From NCBI RefSeq assembly GCF_009914755.1, contig NC_060934.1: a stretch of DNA of 64,000 bases, one strand, 5' to 3'. Position 1 is the stretch's first letter. Every line of letters starts with the position of its first letter. The notes under the pieces were generated by a model. That model was not told where the DNA came from. It did no database searches and was given only the letters and a program-made list of their open reading frames with translations. The stretch comes from the human T2T-CHM13v2.0 reference genome, Homo sapiens. A program made the position numbers and the translations under genes. Positions 61,764 through 64,000 of the stretch are shown here, in pieces.

Positions 61764-63990
61764 GATGAGATCCTCAAAAATCATCAAAGTGTTTAATTGT
61801 ATAAAACAGTGTTTCCAGTGACACAACTCATCCAGAACTGTCTTAGTCATACCATCCATCCCTGGTGAAAGAGTAAAACCAAAGGTTATTATTTCCTTTC
61901 CATGGTTATGGTCGATTGCCAACAGCCTTATAAAGAAAAAGAAGCTTTTCTAGGGGTTTGTATAAATAGTGTTGAAACTTTATTTTATGTATTTAATTTT
62001 ATTAAATATCATACAATATATTTTGATGAAATAGGTATTGTGTAAATCTATAAATATTTGAATCCAAACCAAATATAATTTTTTAACTTACATTAACAAA
62101 CATTTGGGCAAAAATCATATTGGTAATGAGTGTTTAAAATTAAAGCACACATTATCTCTGAGACTCTTCCAACAAAGAGAAACTAGAATGAAGTCTGAAA
62201 AACAGAATCAAGTAAGACAGCATGTTATATAGTGACACTGAATGTTATTTAACTTGTAGTTACTATCAATATATTTATGCGTTAAACAGCTAGTTCTCTC
62301 AAGTGTAGAGGACAAGAACTTGTGTCAGTTATCTTTTGAATCCATAAATCTTAGCTGGCATTAGTTTTCTATGTAATCACCTACCTAGAGAGAGTTGTAA
62401 ATTATATGTTAACATGTTATCTGGTTGGCAGCAAACACTAAAGCCAATAAAGGAAAAACAGTAAATGTTCCGAAAGCAGAGAAAAGCAACCAAACATATT
62501 GTTATGAACTAAAAGCTTTCCCTTTAAGATGCATACTTGTCTTACTGGATGAAGAAAATTGAGGGTACATGTACCTTATACTGTCAAGGTTGTTTAAACA
62601 TGATAAGGTTAATCGCCATCTACTTCAAGTTTTAGAAAAGGAAACAAGAAGCTAAAAACAGCTGCTCTGACTTTAATATCTGACTATATCTTTGATCTGT
62701 TTGCAGGTCATCCAAGTGTTTTCTAGGAATATATTTATTTTAGGTTGTCTGAAACTACTATTTTTTAGACTCCTGAAAGTTGTTCACATCAATGTGAAGA
62801 CAAATTTTAAATGAAAATGAAGAATGAAATTATGTCTTGAATCATATATTAAGAAGTAAAAATAATAGTGATCAGGCAGAAAAGAAAAATGGAACATCTA
62901 AAAATGTATGTGCTAACTATATCATCCAGTGTGCAGTGTTGTGTATTTTTCTAAGCATGACAACATTGATGTGCCTTTTCAGTGTAACAGCAAATACTGT
63001 TAGTGAACATTGTCAATTTATGTCATTTTGTTAAGAGATATGACTGGAGTGTGCAGTGTGGAATGTCTCTAATACTACTTGAGAATCCTGCAGTTCTATA
63101 ATCATAAACAAAAATTACTTAGTTTCGTTAAGCTAAGATTGTGTTTGTGTTAACTTCGACATCAAGGAGCAAAGAACTTTAGAACAGACTCCTCAATCTT
63201 GTGACTTTCTTATTCTCTAGGAAAGTAACACTTCGTTTCATGAAGCTTTTCTGTGGGGCTTCGATTATTTCAAGTCTGGTTTCTAAGTGCAGTGTGTTTG
63301 AAGCAAACGAACTTCCAACTCACTTATTTGGCATTGGGCAACTTGGCCAAGTCTGCTACTTTGGAAGATGGCTCTGGAGGAAACTCTCATATGGCTAAAA
63401 AGGCAGGCTAGTTTCTTACTTCTACAGGGGTAGAGCCTTAAAAAAGAACGTGCTACAAATTGGTTCTCTTTGAGGGTTTCTGGTTCTCCCTGCCCCCAAT
63501 ACCATATACTTTATTGCAATTTTATTTTTGCCTTTACGGCTCTGTGTCTTTCTGCAAGAAGGCCTGGCAAAGGTATGCCTGCTGTTGGTCCCTCGGGATA
63601 AGATAAAATATAAATAAAACCTTCAGAACTGTTTTGGAGCAAAAGATAGCTTGTACTTGGGGAAAAAAATTCTAAGTTCTTTTATATGACTAATATTCTT
63701 GGTTAGCAAGACTGGAAAGAGGTGTTTTTTTAAAATGTACATACCAGAACAAAGAACATACAGCTCTCTGAACATTTATTTTTTGAACAGAGGTGGTTTT
63801 TATGTTTGGACCTGGTAATACAGATACAAAAACTTTAATGAGGTAGCAATGAATATTCAACTGTTTGACTGCTAAGTGTATCTGTCCATATTTTAGCAAG
63901 TTTACTTAATAAATCTTCTGAACCATGTTTTGTGCCTGTTTGTATTCCTTTATAAACCAAATGTTGTTGGAATAAAATACATAAGGTATC
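61764..63990 (+). other. SLC18A2: SLC18A2 3'UTR (AT-rich, no obvious interspersed repeats)
   Basis: Follows the stop codon; contains several polyA hexamers, AU-rich elements and a Pumilio element TGTACATA at 63736-63743. Confidence 0.8.
63908..63976 (+). terminator. Distal polyadenylation signals AATAAA (63908-63913, 63971-63976)
   Basis: Canonical hexamers; the first is followed by a GT/T-rich element (tgttttgtgcctgtttgt). Proximal candidates: ATTAAA 62001, AATAAA 62446 and 63613. Confidence 0.7.
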
Positions 63991-64000
63991 ATTTTGACTG

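Noticed and set aside
63690-63899. Minus-strand 69-aa ORF in the 3'UTR
   Set aside because: Starts at TTG and is short; it does not resemble coding sequence I recognise.

Overview
Human-like primate genomic DNA containing the complete SLC18A2 gene (VMAT2, vesicular monoamine transporter 2, MFS fold) on the + strand. It has a CpG-island promoter with a perfect CRE, a non-coding exon 1 (to 25707) and 15 coding exons from ATG 26181 to TGA 61763. Their lengths sum to 1545 nt (514 aa), all junctions are GT-AG, and a ~2.2 kb 3'UTR runs to the window end. From recall this is chr10q25.3, between KCNK18 (upstream, outside the window) and PDZD8 (convergent). The ~25 kb upstream is intergenic: an orphan CpG island with tandem CTCF motifs, many Alu, MaLR/ERV LTR, L1, L2 and MIR remnants, and a 450-bp polypyrimidine tract. 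I find no new protein-coding gene or multi-gene system; almost all ORF-track entries are artefacts of repeats, CpG islands or low-complexity DNA. The most unusual structures are repair scars. A 267-bp copy of unique DNA from 3 kb away replaces ~17 nt inside an Alu that keeps its TSDs. An 18-nt inverted templated insert sits in another Alu. There is also a 64-bp dispersed duplication and a fused inverted AluJ/AluS. Other candidates are unannotated-looking micro-exons, antisense exons at the promoter, an inverted UG/CA repeat pair in intron 13 and an inverted-Alu bracket around in-frame exons 3-4. Repeat subfamily names come from remembered consensus sequences, not from RepeatMasker.
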